Below are positions 9,266 to 19,095 of a DNA stretch of 64,000 bases, one piece after another. A model generated the notes under the pieces. That model saw only the letters and a list, made by a program, of their open reading frames with translations, had not been told where the DNA came from and ran no database searches. Origin of the DNA: Anaerolineales bacterium (GTDB lineage: Bacteria > Chloroflexota > Anaerolineae > Anaerolineales > Villigracilaceae); NCBI GenBank assembly GCA_015075725.1, contig JABTTV010000001.1, forward strand, positions 3,461,223-3,525,222. The letters run 5' to 3'. Within the stretch, counting starts at the first letter, position 1. Every line of letters begins with the position of its first letter. The position numbers and the translations under genes were made by a program.

Positions 9266-10600
9266 TCAGCTCACTTTGAAATCGCTGAAACGATCTAATG
9301 GATCTTCATCCTTTGGGATTGAAACATCTTGCGGCTGGTCTTCCTTCGGTGCCGGCAAGCCCATGACAATTTCCTGCCAGGTCTTCTCCGGATACTGGTC
9401 CAGCAAATTCGATAGATTGACAAACTCACGCACCAGTTCACGCGGCGTGGTAAATTCCCTGGCGCCCATCCTGCGCAGCGTTTCCTCCATGTAGGCATGG
9501 ATATCCTGGTCTGTCATTTTCACCGGAGCTGCAGCCTGGCTTAGGTGGATCTCGCGGATCTTTTGGAGCAGGACGAAAATCTCTTCCGCGGTTAGGGAAG
9601 ATAACTTGATAACTGGTCCGGTGAAATCCTGCAATCCCTCCCCGAGAAAACGATTACCTGCCAGACGGGAGCGTAATGCCTCATAGCTGAATAACCCGCG
9701 ACGTTGATCTTCCAGAAATTCGGGTGTTCCGCCAAAGATAAAGCCAATATGTGCCGCCTTGCCCTGCAAACAATCATTGATGATCGAGAGGATAGCCTCG
9801 TAATTATTTTTTCGGGAAACACTGTTGGTGATCGTGTAAAGATAAGCCGCTTCATCCAAACAGACCGTGAAGCCGCTGTAGCCGATCTTCCGGAAAAAGA
9901 TGGCAAACACCTTTAGATAATCATAGAAGTTATCGCTGTCAATGATCGTTCGGATCTTCAAGGCGGCGTAGGCTTCTGTCTTGGTGCCATATTCCCCGCG
10001 CATCCAGCGCAGGGCGCTGGATTTCAATTCTTCATTGTTTTCTGCATATCCCTGATAGTAGGCAGCCAGGACGGAACCAAAATCAAAACCGTGGATCAGT
10101 TCCTGCATGTCGTTGAGCGTGCTGAGGATCCGGCTTTTCACTTGACTGACGAACTCTGGGGAGCCGTGATCCAGACCACTCTCTGTGGCGACACTGGTTT
10201 GGATGCCGGAGATCCAGCGTTCGATGATCGTTGGCAACGCATTGCCATCCGGGCGTGTCTGGGTCGAGAGATTTTTCATCAATTCCCGATAGGTGGCAAT
10301 GGCTTCATCCCCGGAACCAAAGAGCCTGCGTTCGGGAGAGAAATCCGCATCCGCCACCACAAACTTGCTTTCCAGGGCATAGGTGCGCATCAGCTGTAGT
10401 AGAAAACTTTTACCACTGCCAAATCTGCCAATGACAAAACGAACGGTCGCGCCGCCCTCCCGGTTATGATCCAGGTCGCTTTTGAGGGCAGCCACTTCCG
10501 ACAGGCGTCCGACGGAGATGTGCCGAAGACCCGTTCGGGGAACCACACCGGCGCTTAATGAAGTCAGGATTGTTTTTGCTTCGCGTTTTGTGATCGACAT
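9266..10600 (-). CDS. sngB: DUF2791/BrxD-like P-loop ATPase, Shango SngB
   Basis: SLSAGVVPRTGL N-terminus, GRFGSGKS Walker A and CLDE Walker B; lies between the TerB protein and the Lhr helicase. Confidence 0.85.
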   Translation of the reverse strand: MSITKREAKTILTSLSAGVVPRTGLRHISVGRLSEVAALKSDLDHNREGGATVRFVIGRFGSGKSFLLQLMRTYALESKFVVADADFSPERRLFGSGDEAIATYRELMKNLSTQTRPDGNALPTIIERWISGIQTSVATESGLDHGSPEFVSQVKSRILSTLNDMQELIHGFDFGSVLAAYYQGYAENNEELKSSALRWMRGEYGTKTEAYAALKIRTIIDSDNFYDYLKVFAIFFRKIGYSGFTVCLDEAAYLYTITNSVSRKNNYEAILSIINDCLQGKAAHIGFIFGGTPEFLEDQRRGLFSYEALRSRLAGNRFLGEGLQDFTGPVIKLSSLTAEEIFVLLQKIREIHLSQAAAPVKMTDQDIHAYMEETLRRMGAREFTTPRELVREFVNLSNLLDQYPEKTWQEIVMGLPAPKEDQPQDVSIPKDEDPLDRFSDFKVS

Positions 10601-10601
10601 A

Positions 10602-12470
10602 TTATTTCACCTCAAGTCCAAGATGTCCGCGCAGGAGCGGGAGATATTCCTCCTCCACAAACCAGGTTGTCCCATCCAGGTAAAAGGGGAGTTGCCCAAT
10701 GTGTACCTGCGCCTTTTCATTCAATGAATCCATGACCGCGTTTCCCATTGCATTGTGAGTCCTGGCAATGACATCAAGTTCTGTTTCCTCCAATTGTCCG
10801 CCTGTTCCAAGAAGTTTCGTGATCTCCACTTCCACGGGGTCGAGTGCGTCAAAGAATTGCACCCACGGATTGAAGGGTTCATCCATGCCTTCCTGAGAGG
10901 CGTCATCCTGGCTGGGAGGCATCTCCTTTACGACAACTTCCAATTCGTCCATAAAATCCTCTGCCAGGTGGATGGCATCGGCGGTTTGATATACCATTTT
11001 ATCGCCAAGCACACTCAACGATTTCTTGTTGATCGATTCCAGAAGCACGAAAACTTGTTCCAGTTCCATGCCCAGGACGATTTTGATCTGTTCGAATGTG
11101 TTCCATTCCTTCGCAAGCAATCCGGCAAGCACCATCCGCTCAGAGGATTGCAGAGATTTCCATAAGGTACGGGTTTCTTCAAGATCGGTCAGCAATTCCT
11201 TTTCTGCACCGACCTGTTCTGTAGCCAGCATCTCGCTTACCACCCGACTCTCTTCATGCAGCGAGGCGACTCGCTCGTGATCGATGGTGATCTTGATGGG
11301 TTCAGGTTTTCTGGGACGGGTCTTTTCCTGTTGGAACGCCAGATCCAGCTGTTGGGCAAGGTCGGCGGGTAGTTCAATGCCGGATAATTTTGCCGAGAAC
11401 TTCAACTGTTTTCTCAGGATGTTTTCGGCATACTTCATGATGGATGTGATGTTATTTGCCAACCGTGTTGAACCGGCATATTCCCTCCCGGTCGCCAGAC
11501 GTGCGGAAGCCGGATGGGAAAAACCGATTAAGGCGGAGGCAAAGACAGGTTTCTCATAATTGAGAACACGTTCTGATACGAACTGGTCGATTAAAGATTT
11601 TCCGGTTGTTTTGAGGTAGTGAGCGTTGGCGACTTTGATGGCTTTCTCATAGGAAAGATCGACGAAGTGATCTGTGTTGTACTTTTGATAAAACTTGTTT
11701 CGTGGCTGGTAGTCGGACAATAGGGACCAGATCTTATAAGGAAGCGCATCGACGCCATTGGCGCGGATTGCTTTTTCCACAATGATATTGACAATGGAAT
11801 CGGGAATATCCACCCCATCCACGTTCAGGATGGACTCCCACCATGCCAATGCCTGGGCGCCACCAACTTTTACAGCCAGAAGATCGCCTCCCCAATCTGG
11901 CAGGTAGCGGTCCAGGTTTGGATATTTTTCGCGATATGCCAGCCAAAGGATACGAATTCTTTCAGCCGCCTGAATTGGATCGGGCGTTTCGACCAGGTTC
12001 AAGATCTCATATACATGGATGAAGATGTAACTTAGGTCACAGGGATGGAATGTATTCTGTCGGGTCTGGGATCTCCAATAAAAGTACCATTGTTGCTGCG
12101 AGCCATTCATGTCACTGTAGGTTGGCCAGTAACATTTGAAAGGCACATGATTGGCAAAATTTTCCTTCTTACCCTTCAATTTTTGCGCTTCTTTTACAAA
12201 GCTCGTCCCCCTGTTTTCATAGGTGATGGTGACGCCTATGGAAGGCGTATAGCCTTGCCTCCCGGCAGGCGTAACATCTACAAACCGATCCGCGCTTGTT
12301 ATCCTTTTGGTATTGGCAGGCGCGATCTTCTTCCTCTGTGTTGTCTGAGGTCGTGGGGTGGTATTCGGAGAACTGAGGGAATTAACAAGACTCTCCAACA
12401 ATTGGAACGGCCAAAGCACCAACGAAACCAGACAGCAACCTTGATTGGATTTTCTTTTTCGTTTTGGCAT
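10602..12470 (-). CDS. sngA: TerB_N/TerB_C domain protein, Shango SngA
   Basis: TerB_N-like VPFKCYWPTYSDM...YFYWR...YIFIHVYEILN; TerB_C-like AVMDSLNEKA; N-terminal hydrophobic segment. Confidence 0.8.
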   Translation of the reverse strand: MPKRKRKSNQGCCLVSLVLWPFQLLESLVNSLSSPNTTPRPQTTQRKKIAPANTKRITSADRFVDVTPAGRQGYTPSIGVTITYENRGTSFVKEAQKLKGKKENFANHVPFKCYWPTYSDMNGSQQQWYFYWRSQTRQNTFHPCDLSYIFIHVYEILNLVETPDPIQAAERIRILWLAYREKYPNLDRYLPDWGGDLLAVKVGGAQALAWWESILNVDGVDIPDSIVNIIVEKAIRANGVDALPYKIWSLLSDYQPRNKFYQKYNTDHFVDLSYEKAIKVANAHYLKTTGKSLIDQFVSERVLNYEKPVFASALIGFSHPASARLATGREYAGSTRLANNITSIMKYAENILRKQLKFSAKLSGIELPADLAQQLDLAFQQEKTRPRKPEPIKITIDHERVASLHEESRVVSEMLATEQVGAEKELLTDLEETRTLWKSLQSSERMVLAGLLAKEWNTFEQIKIVLGMELEQVFVLLESINKKSLSVLGDKMVYQTADAIHLAEDFMDELEVVVKEMPPSQDDASQEGMDEPFNPWVQFFDALDPVEVEITKLLGTGGQLEETELDVIARTHNAMGNAVMDSLNEKAQVHIGQLPFYLDGTTWFVEEEYLPLLRGHLGLEVK

Positions 12471-12641
12471 ACACTACTACTCAATTTGTTTCTGAACTCC
12501 CCGCAGGGCGGTTCCAATCTCAAAAAATAAAATGGTTGTTATCTCCACAATGAAGAAAGGCGTGCCTAAACAGGGTTTCTTGATTGTCTGTTATTGTAGG
12601 CTAGGGAGGCTGATTTGTCTAATGAATATTTCCGCTAATGA

Positions 12642-15600
12642 TTAGGATTGATTCGCGATATGCGTTCGCCCGTTGTTGTCCAGGAAACAAAGCGATAACT
12701 TCACATCCTGCCCAAATAGTTGCTTGATGGCACTGGCATATCGTTCCAGTTGCCTGGAATACGTCGCTACCAATTCCTTATACTGTTCTTCTGAGTGGAT
12801 CGCATCGGTCTTGAAGTCCAACACGAACCACTCGTCTCCCTTGCGGTAGAGCAGATCGATATATCCCGTCTCGGTATGGTCTCCATTCATGCGGGTATAC
12901 GGCACCTCATGGTGACGTTCATCAGCCTGTTCGATCTCTTCACGCAACGGGTGGGCACAGAAGCGCTCGATCAACTCACGCACACGCCGCACCGCCTCGA
13001 CGCGCTGCTCTTCGGTCGCAAGCCCGGCGTCCAGAGCCAGAGATTCCATCAGGGGAATTAGGAGAGAGTCGTCCACATGCAGCCAGAGTTCCAGGGCTTT
13101 ATGTGTCATCTGTCCGATCACACTGGGTGGTACATGTAATGTCGGCTCGGTCACACGCCAGACGCGTCGAACGGTTTCCTCATCCGCTTCAATGGAAATT
13201 TGTACAGGATCGATTATGGGCTTATACAGCGGCGGTGCCTGTGGTTCTGCTGGTAATGCAGATGGAGTAAGCGCCTCCGTTTGGGACTGCGCACCCTGCC
13301 CATGTGAACACCATACCAGGACGGGATGTTTTTGGGCAGTCTTGGGTTGAGAGTAGAGTCCTGTTTCGTCAAGAAGTTCATCAGGAGAGATTTCCAAAAT
13401 CCCACATAGCTCCTTCATCCAGCCGGCAATCTTGCTTCTGCCCTGGCTGACATGCCCACTGACGATCAACTTATCCCTGGCACGAGTCATGGCGACATAC
13501 AAAAGGCGTCCAGACTCAGCTTCGTTTTGCAGGTCATCCAATTGTTTGGAGAGACGATACAGCATCGGCTCCGGTTTTATCTGGATGGACAAGCCCATCT
13601 CCGGCAGAAGATAAACTGGGTCACTTCTATTCATGGTGGTGCGGGTGGCATCCGCCAGAATTACAACGGGGAACTCCAGCCCTTTGGATTTGTGGATGGT
13701 CATCAGACGCACGGCGCCTTGCGCATCAGCAGGGGCTTCTCCCTCGCGGGCGCCGGCATCGTTGAGGGTGATGAGATATTCCAGAAAATCACGCACACTG
13801 ACCAAGCTGCTACTCTGAGCATCAGCGAGCAGTTTGTCGAGATTGCGCCACAGTCGTCCACTTGAACCGCTTTCACCCTCAATGGCAAGAACGGCGCGGT
13901 AATCAACTGCATTAACCAGTTCCTTGAGCAGGTCTGCCACAGATTCGCGATCCACACGCGGGAGGAGATCATTCAAGATGGATACCGCTCGTCTGGTGCA
14001 GGCTTGATCTGATTCGTTTAGGTACGAATTATCTTCACGCAGGGCGTTCCAAAAAGATGACTTCTTCTCTCCGTGATGACGCAAGAGATACAGCGCGGAA
14101 TCGCTCAAACCGAACGCGGGGGATCGCAGCAAACCTGCCATTGCGAGGTCATCGGCAGGGTCCGCCAGGGCGCGCAGGATGTTCAGGATATCGCGGATCT
14201 CAGGACGTTCGTAAAATCCCCGTCCTGCCACCGTAACGAAAGGAATGCCGGCATCTTCGAAGGCATCTTCATACCAGGTATATCCGGTCGAGGCGCGAAA
14301 GAGCAGGGCAACATCATCCCAACTTTGGATCTGTCCCTCTTCACGGAGTTTGAGTAGGCGCTGGGCAAGGGCTTGCGCCGCTATGGGACGGGCATCTTCG
14401 GCATCCTCCCCGGCGCCCAGGATGAACTCGATATGCGGATCGGAGATATGATCTGGTTTTGCCTTGCGATGCGCGTTCAACGGACGGAATGGAACATAAA
14501 AGGGTTGCCCTGGACGATCTTCTGTTCCCATCACACCTGCGAGCAGGTTGCCGGTGGCATCCAACAGGGACTCATGGGCGCGGTAGGTGATATCCAGATC
14601 AAGGACCAGATCACCCTGGGCGCGAGCCCGCGACTGCACTTCACGAAAGACAGTGACATCGGCACGACGGAACCGATAGATACTTTGACGGTCATCGCCC
14701 ACCACAAAAAGCCGACCACCTGTGCCTGCCAGTGCATCCACAATGTTTCGCTGGCGCGGGTTGGTATCCTGAAATTCATCCACCAACAGGGCCTGCACTT
14801 CATTCTGCCAGACAGCACGAATCGCATCTTGTTGGAGCAGGGACATTGCACCATATTCAAGGTCATCGAAGTCGAGCGCGTGGCGCAGTTGTAATTCGGA
14901 TCGGTAAGCCTGATGCAAGGCTTCAAAACTTTTTTCGACCAGGGGCAGGATTGTCTTGAAGGTCGCTTCGGATTCAGCGCTAGGCGGTTCATCCTTGGAG
15001 TTGGCGCCGCCGATCAAGGGGTCAAGAAATTCATCATACAACGTCTGCAGGTCGGCATGGATTTCCTTTACCCTGCCTTTTTTGCCCGCGCCTTTTTTCA
15101 GATAGTCACGGCGGGCTTTATATAGGTGTTGGGTGCAGGCAATGATGTCTCCTTTTGCAAAGGCTTCTTCTGCACTTTCCCATTCCTTCAATAGATTGAT
15201 GATCTGTGGGGCGAGTTTATCGCCCGCGTCATCGAATACCTGTCGTTCTGTGAAACCACGTAATTTCTTGATGCAATCCATGACCGCTGGAGCATGAAAC
15301 CGGTCTTCAAGATGAGATCGCACGATGGTGTCGCCATCCAGGGCAGATGCGAATATCTCACTTGCTTCCAGTCGCTTGTCCAGCAGGGTGGCAAGCAGGT
15401 CTTGTACTCCCTGAGTTCCCAACGCTTGAAACAAGTATCTGTATTCTGTCTGGGAAACCATACCGATCACAGCCGTTTCCACCAATTGCTTCTTGAGGGT
15501 CTTTGCCAATCCCTCGTCGATCACATCAAAACGTGGATCGACCCCGGCTTCGGCGGGATGGGCGCGCAGGATCTCGGCGCACAGACTGTGGATGGTGCCG

Positions 15601-15929
15601 ATCCGGGCGGAATCCATTTGGTTGTTCAGGGATGTCCAATTGGCACGTTCATCCAAGGTATCCGCCTTGGATACCAGGTCCAGCAATGCCCCGCGCAAAC
15701 GCGATCGCATTTCCCGGGCAGCCTTTTCCGTGAACGTGATTGCCACCACCAGACGTGGGGAAAGCCCATCTGCCAACAAGGACGCGTACCTTGCGACTAG
15801 GGTGCGGGTCTTACCACTGCCAGCTCCGGCGGTTACGATAATATTTTTTCCGCGCTCTAATGCGGATGTACGCTGATCCTTCGTCAAACCAAAGGTGTTG
15901 ACTACCCGTTGTGCTAGAGTCTCAGCCAT
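12642..15929 (-). CDS. addA: AddA-like UvrD helicase-nuclease
   Basis: AGAGSGKT, VDEFQDTN, GDDRQSIYRFR, TIHKSKGLEF and YVAMTRAR motifs, with C-terminal GYIDLL...LDFKTD nuclease. Likely start is MAETLAQ at 15929 (TAATG overlap with the addB stop). Confidence 0.9.
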   Translation of the reverse strand: MAETLAQRVVNTFGLTKDQRTSALERGKNIIVTAGAGSGKTRTLVARYASLLADGLSPRLVVAITFTEKAAREMRSRLRGALLDLVSKADTLDERANWTSLNNQMDSARIGTIHSLCAEILRAHPAEAGVDPRFDVIDEGLAKTLKKQLVETAVIGMVSQTEYRYLFQALGTQGVQDLLATLLDKRLEASEIFASALDGDTIVRSHLEDRFHAPAVMDCIKKLRGFTERQVFDDAGDKLAPQIINLLKEWESAEEAFAKGDIIACTQHLYKARRDYLKKGAGKKGRVKEIHADLQTLYDEFLDPLIGGANSKDEPPSAESEATFKTILPLVEKSFEALHQAYRSELQLRHALDFDDLEYGAMSLLQQDAIRAVWQNEVQALLVDEFQDTNPRQRNIVDALAGTGGRLFVVGDDRQSIYRFRRADVTVFREVQSRARAQGDLVLDLDITYRAHESLLDATGNLLAGVMGTEDRPGQPFYVPFRPLNAHRKAKPDHISDPHIEFILGAGEDAEDARPIAAQALAQRLLKLREEGQIQSWDDVALLFRASTGYTWYEDAFEDAGIPFVTVAGRGFYERPEIRDILNILRALADPADDLAMAGLLRSPAFGLSDSALYLLRHHGEKKSSFWNALREDNSYLNESDQACTRRAVSILNDLLPRVDRESVADLLKELVNAVDYRAVLAIEGESGSSGRLWRNLDKLLADAQSSSLVSVRDFLEYLITLNDAGAREGEAPADAQGAVRLMTIHKSKGLEFPVVILADATRTTMNRSDPVYLLPEMGLSIQIKPEPMLYRLSKQLDDLQNEAESGRLLYVAMTRARDKLIVSGHVSQGRSKIAGWMKELCGILEISPDELLDETGLYSQPKTAQKHPVLVWCSHGQGAQSQTEALTPSALPAEPQAPPLYKPIIDPVQISIEADEETVRRVWRVTEPTLHVPPSVIGQMTHKALELWLHVDDSLLIPLMESLALDAGLATEEQRVEAVRRVRELIERFCAHPLREEIEQADERHHEVPYTRMNGDHTETGYIDLLYRKGDEWFVLDFKTDAIHSEEQYKELVATYSRQLERYASAIKQLFGQDVKLSLCFLDNNGRTHIANQS

Positions 15930-18900
15930 TACCAGCCTCCCTTTTGATAACGCCAACACCATTGCGCGGCGGGGCAATACTCGGGACAGCCGCCTTTGGG
16001 TGGGACGGGAGGAAAGTCGCCGGCGCGGATGCCTTTCAGGATGCGGGTGAGGTGCTCTTTTGAGGTTTGAATCGCAGTTTCAACGCCTTCGCCCGTTTCA
16101 GACTTGAAGGTGGAAAGCTTCAAAGAACCGGATTCTGCAGCTCGAATTTTCCAATACATTCCCTCAATAGGTTCACCCAACTTCAAAGCTTCTTTTGCAG
16201 CGAGGGCATACAACGGCAGTTGCAAACGCCTGCCGTGCATCAGATCTTCTTTGGATAAGTGAGAACTGCCAGTCTTGTAATCAACAACGCGCAGATTCCC
16301 GCCTGCATCCTGGTCAATGCGGTCGATCAAGCCTCGCAATAGCACCTTTTCTCCATCCAACTCGATCTCCAAGGGAGGAGTGTCCTGGATCCCAAAGGCT
16401 TGTTCGTATGCCATTGGTGTCCAGCCGTCCGAGGCTTTAGCAAGTGCAACAATTGTGGTTTCCAACATCGCAATGAATTGGTCCTGTTCGAGTTCCCACA
16501 ACTCGGAGGGACGAAAGCCAAAATCCTGTGGCGCTGTGGCAAAGACCGATTTGGCGACTTCGGGGAGACGCTTCAGCACTGAATCGACTTCCTCTGGATT
16601 ATTGGCAGTTCGGTATACCTCTTCCAGGACCTTGTGCAGGATCGAACCCACCTGGGCAATGTCCAATCCCAGGGATGGGAGTGCAGTTACCTCTAGGTCA
16701 AGTACGGTTTTAACGTAGAACATCTGCGGGCAAGTGCCATAGGTTTCCAGTCGCGAAGCGGACCAAACCTTCTCGGACGCAAACCGTTTGGTAAGTTCCG
16801 TTTGCAAATCATGAGTTGCGCCTTCGTAGGTTCCATCGGCAAGTTTGGCACGGCGGGATTGGATCACATCGCGTGCGTGTTGCAGTTGATGCCAGCGTGT
16901 TTCAAGGTCGGCATAATGTTGAGGCAAGCCTTTGCGCCGGACCGCCCAGAACAACAATTCCTGAGATGAGGCAGCATCCGTAAGAGGGCGCGAATCGTCC
17001 GGACGGATTTTTTGTACGGTGGTGTTTTTTTCAAACAATGATTCCACCGCGTTCCAATACGGTGAGGCTTCCCACAGTTCACCATCTTCTGAAAGATAGG
17101 GGCGTGTCAGCAGGAGATGGGCATCGGCGCGGGTGACTGATTGATAGAACAAACTACCCTGTTCACGTTCCAAACGCGAGTCCAGTCCCAATTCCTCCCG
17201 CAATGATTCAGGCAGGAAAGGATCAGGGCGTTCTACAGATGGAAAGAGCCCCTCTGATAGACCAAGGATCGCTACTGCCTTGAAGCGCAAGCCGCGTGCT
17301 TCACGAATATTTCCGATCAGGATGGAAGTGCCCGGAGCAGATGGTTCGGAGAGTGCACTGCCCGCCAGCGTGTTTTGCAGGTCGGAGAGATATTGTTGAT
17401 AGTCCACCACACGAGCACCCACAATGGATTCGCTCATTACCAGGGCACGAAGCGCTTCTCGGAATCCTTCCAAAGCAATTTCATCTTGTTCACCGTTGCT
17501 ATTTTCATGAAAATGAAGATTGGTCAGCAGGTCTTCCAGCCAACGTGTCCATTCCGTCTGCGAACGAACGTCTTCCGGTGGTGCGATCATTTGGAAGAAA
17601 TCATCGAGATGGGTTTGGAGCGCTTGGATAGCTATCCCATGCGGAAGCTTTTTTAGTGTGCGTTCATCGTCGAGATCAAAAGGGCTGCTTGTGCCGGATG
17701 GGGAGAGTCTCTCCCATATTTCATTCCATTGTTCCCGCCCTTCAACAACCATCCCGATGTGACTGATTTGTTCCAGCGAGTCGATTGTTTCCAAGGGCAG
17801 ACCAAAGGAAAAGTAGGGGGATCGCAGCACTTTGAATAATGCATTAGTTCGGAAGTTTTGTGTTGGCAGGCTCAATAGATGGAGAAGTGCTGTGATGGCC
17901 GGAGACGTAGTGAGAGAGTCGCTTTGAGTGAAATGAACTGGCATTCCGAACTCAAGTGCCGCGCTGTGCAGATAGGATCGATATTGATCAAGGTTTGGCG
18001 CAAAGATCGCACACTCCTGTAAAGGAATGGCAGTTCGTATGACAAGGGACTTGATCCAACGCAGAGCTTCCCTGGACTCTTCAGCAGGCGAGCGTAGTTC
18101 CCGCAGGAAGGGTTGAATGGGTTTTATGATGGAAGTGGGGATGGACGTAAAAAGATGGCTTTCCACATGGGCAATATCGGCGGGAAGAAAGTTTGTTGAA
18201 CTATCTATTAAGAGTTCCAGTGAAAATTCTTTTTGCAAAGAGGAAAAGGTGCGAGCAAATCGTCTATGTGCAGTTCGGGAAAATGTGACATCACCAGGTA
18301 GGGTGATCAGCAGGTTGGTGAATTTCTCCAGAAGCTGTAATATCCTTCTTTGTGTTCCGATGAAGGAGTCAAAGCCGTCCACTACCAGGAGTTGCATTGA
18401 ATTTTCCATCAGGTTTGGGGACTCTTCCAGGGCGGCGACAGCCAGCCAGCTCAGCCCTTCAAAATCCGCCCATCCCATATTTCGCAACTTTGTCTGATAG
18501 GCGACATACAGCTGTGCCAATTCCTGTTGGGCGAGTGATGTACCTTTTGAAGAATTGATGAAAGTTTCTGGGTAGATCAGGGCGCGTTTGAGTTCAGCAA
18601 AGACATCTTGCAAGGCAAGAATGAACCCCGGCTGGGTCCGCAGGGTTGCATAATGAACCAATGGGGTTGTATCCACAACATCCTGAACAATGCGGTGCAG
18701 GAGCGCATTCGAGGCAACAGGAACATATCCGCCAGATTTTTCCAGGATATTCTTATACAGGTCGTTGAATGTTCCAACGTATACACCGATTGATCCGCCG
18801 CTGGCCGACAAGCGACGGCGGAAATAGGCAGCCTGCAAACGATCCGGGACGATCACACGGATTTTGGCAAGCGGGTATTTTTCAAGTACGACGCGAATAT

Positions 18901-18961
18901 CGTCGATACAGGCATTTGTTTTGCCTGTGGCAGGGGCTGAAACAATCAAACGTGTCGGCAT
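15929..18961 (-). CDS. addB: AddB-like helicase-scaffold/PD-(D/E)XK nuclease with Fe-S staple
   Basis: SAPATGKT, GLIDRID...VVDYKTG, and Fe-S cysteines GTCPQ + GGCPEYCPAAQWC; directly upstream of addA. Confidence 0.9.
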   Translation of the reverse strand: MPTRLIVSAPATGKTNACIDDIRVVLEKYPLAKIRVIVPDRLQAAYFRRRLSASGGSIGVYVGTFNDLYKNILEKSGGYVPVASNALLHRIVQDVVDTTPLVHYATLRTQPGFILALQDVFAELKRALIYPETFINSSKGTSLAQQELAQLYVAYQTKLRNMGWADFEGLSWLAVAALEESPNLMENSMQLLVVDGFDSFIGTQRRILQLLEKFTNLLITLPGDVTFSRTAHRRFARTFSSLQKEFSLELLIDSSTNFLPADIAHVESHLFTSIPTSIIKPIQPFLRELRSPAEESREALRWIKSLVIRTAIPLQECAIFAPNLDQYRSYLHSAALEFGMPVHFTQSDSLTTSPAITALLHLLSLPTQNFRTNALFKVLRSPYFSFGLPLETIDSLEQISHIGMVVEGREQWNEIWERLSPSGTSSPFDLDDERTLKKLPHGIAIQALQTHLDDFFQMIAPPEDVRSQTEWTRWLEDLLTNLHFHENSNGEQDEIALEGFREALRALVMSESIVGARVVDYQQYLSDLQNTLAGSALSEPSAPGTSILIGNIREARGLRFKAVAILGLSEGLFPSVERPDPFLPESLREELGLDSRLEREQGSLFYQSVTRADAHLLLTRPYLSEDGELWEASPYWNAVESLFEKNTTVQKIRPDDSRPLTDAASSQELLFWAVRRKGLPQHYADLETRWHQLQHARDVIQSRRAKLADGTYEGATHDLQTELTKRFASEKVWSASRLETYGTCPQMFYVKTVLDLEVTALPSLGLDIAQVGSILHKVLEEVYRTANNPEEVDSVLKRLPEVAKSVFATAPQDFGFRPSELWELEQDQFIAMLETTIVALAKASDGWTPMAYEQAFGIQDTPPLEIELDGEKVLLRGLIDRIDQDAGGNLRVVDYKTGSSHLSKEDLMHGRRLQLPLYALAAKEALKLGEPIEGMYWKIRAAESGSLKLSTFKSETGEGVETAIQTSKEHLTRILKGIRAGDFPPVPPKGGCPEYCPAAQWCWRYQKGGW

Positions 18962-19095
18962 GGTATCTCCCTTATCTTTCCGGTCCGAGATTGTAAAGTA
19001 TAGCAGATGAAATTCTGTTTATGGTTTTAAATTTGTTTGCAATCAAAACAACATCTTCACCACTTGATAATCTGCTATATGGTCAATACTATATT

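Noticed and set aside
9266-10600. BREX system, suggested by the BrxD-like ATPase
   Set aside because: No pglX, pglZ or brxC. The TerB_N/C and Lhr neighbours match Shango.
10602-12470. Tellurite-resistance operon
   Set aside because: Only TerB_N/C domains are present; there is no terZABCDE cluster.
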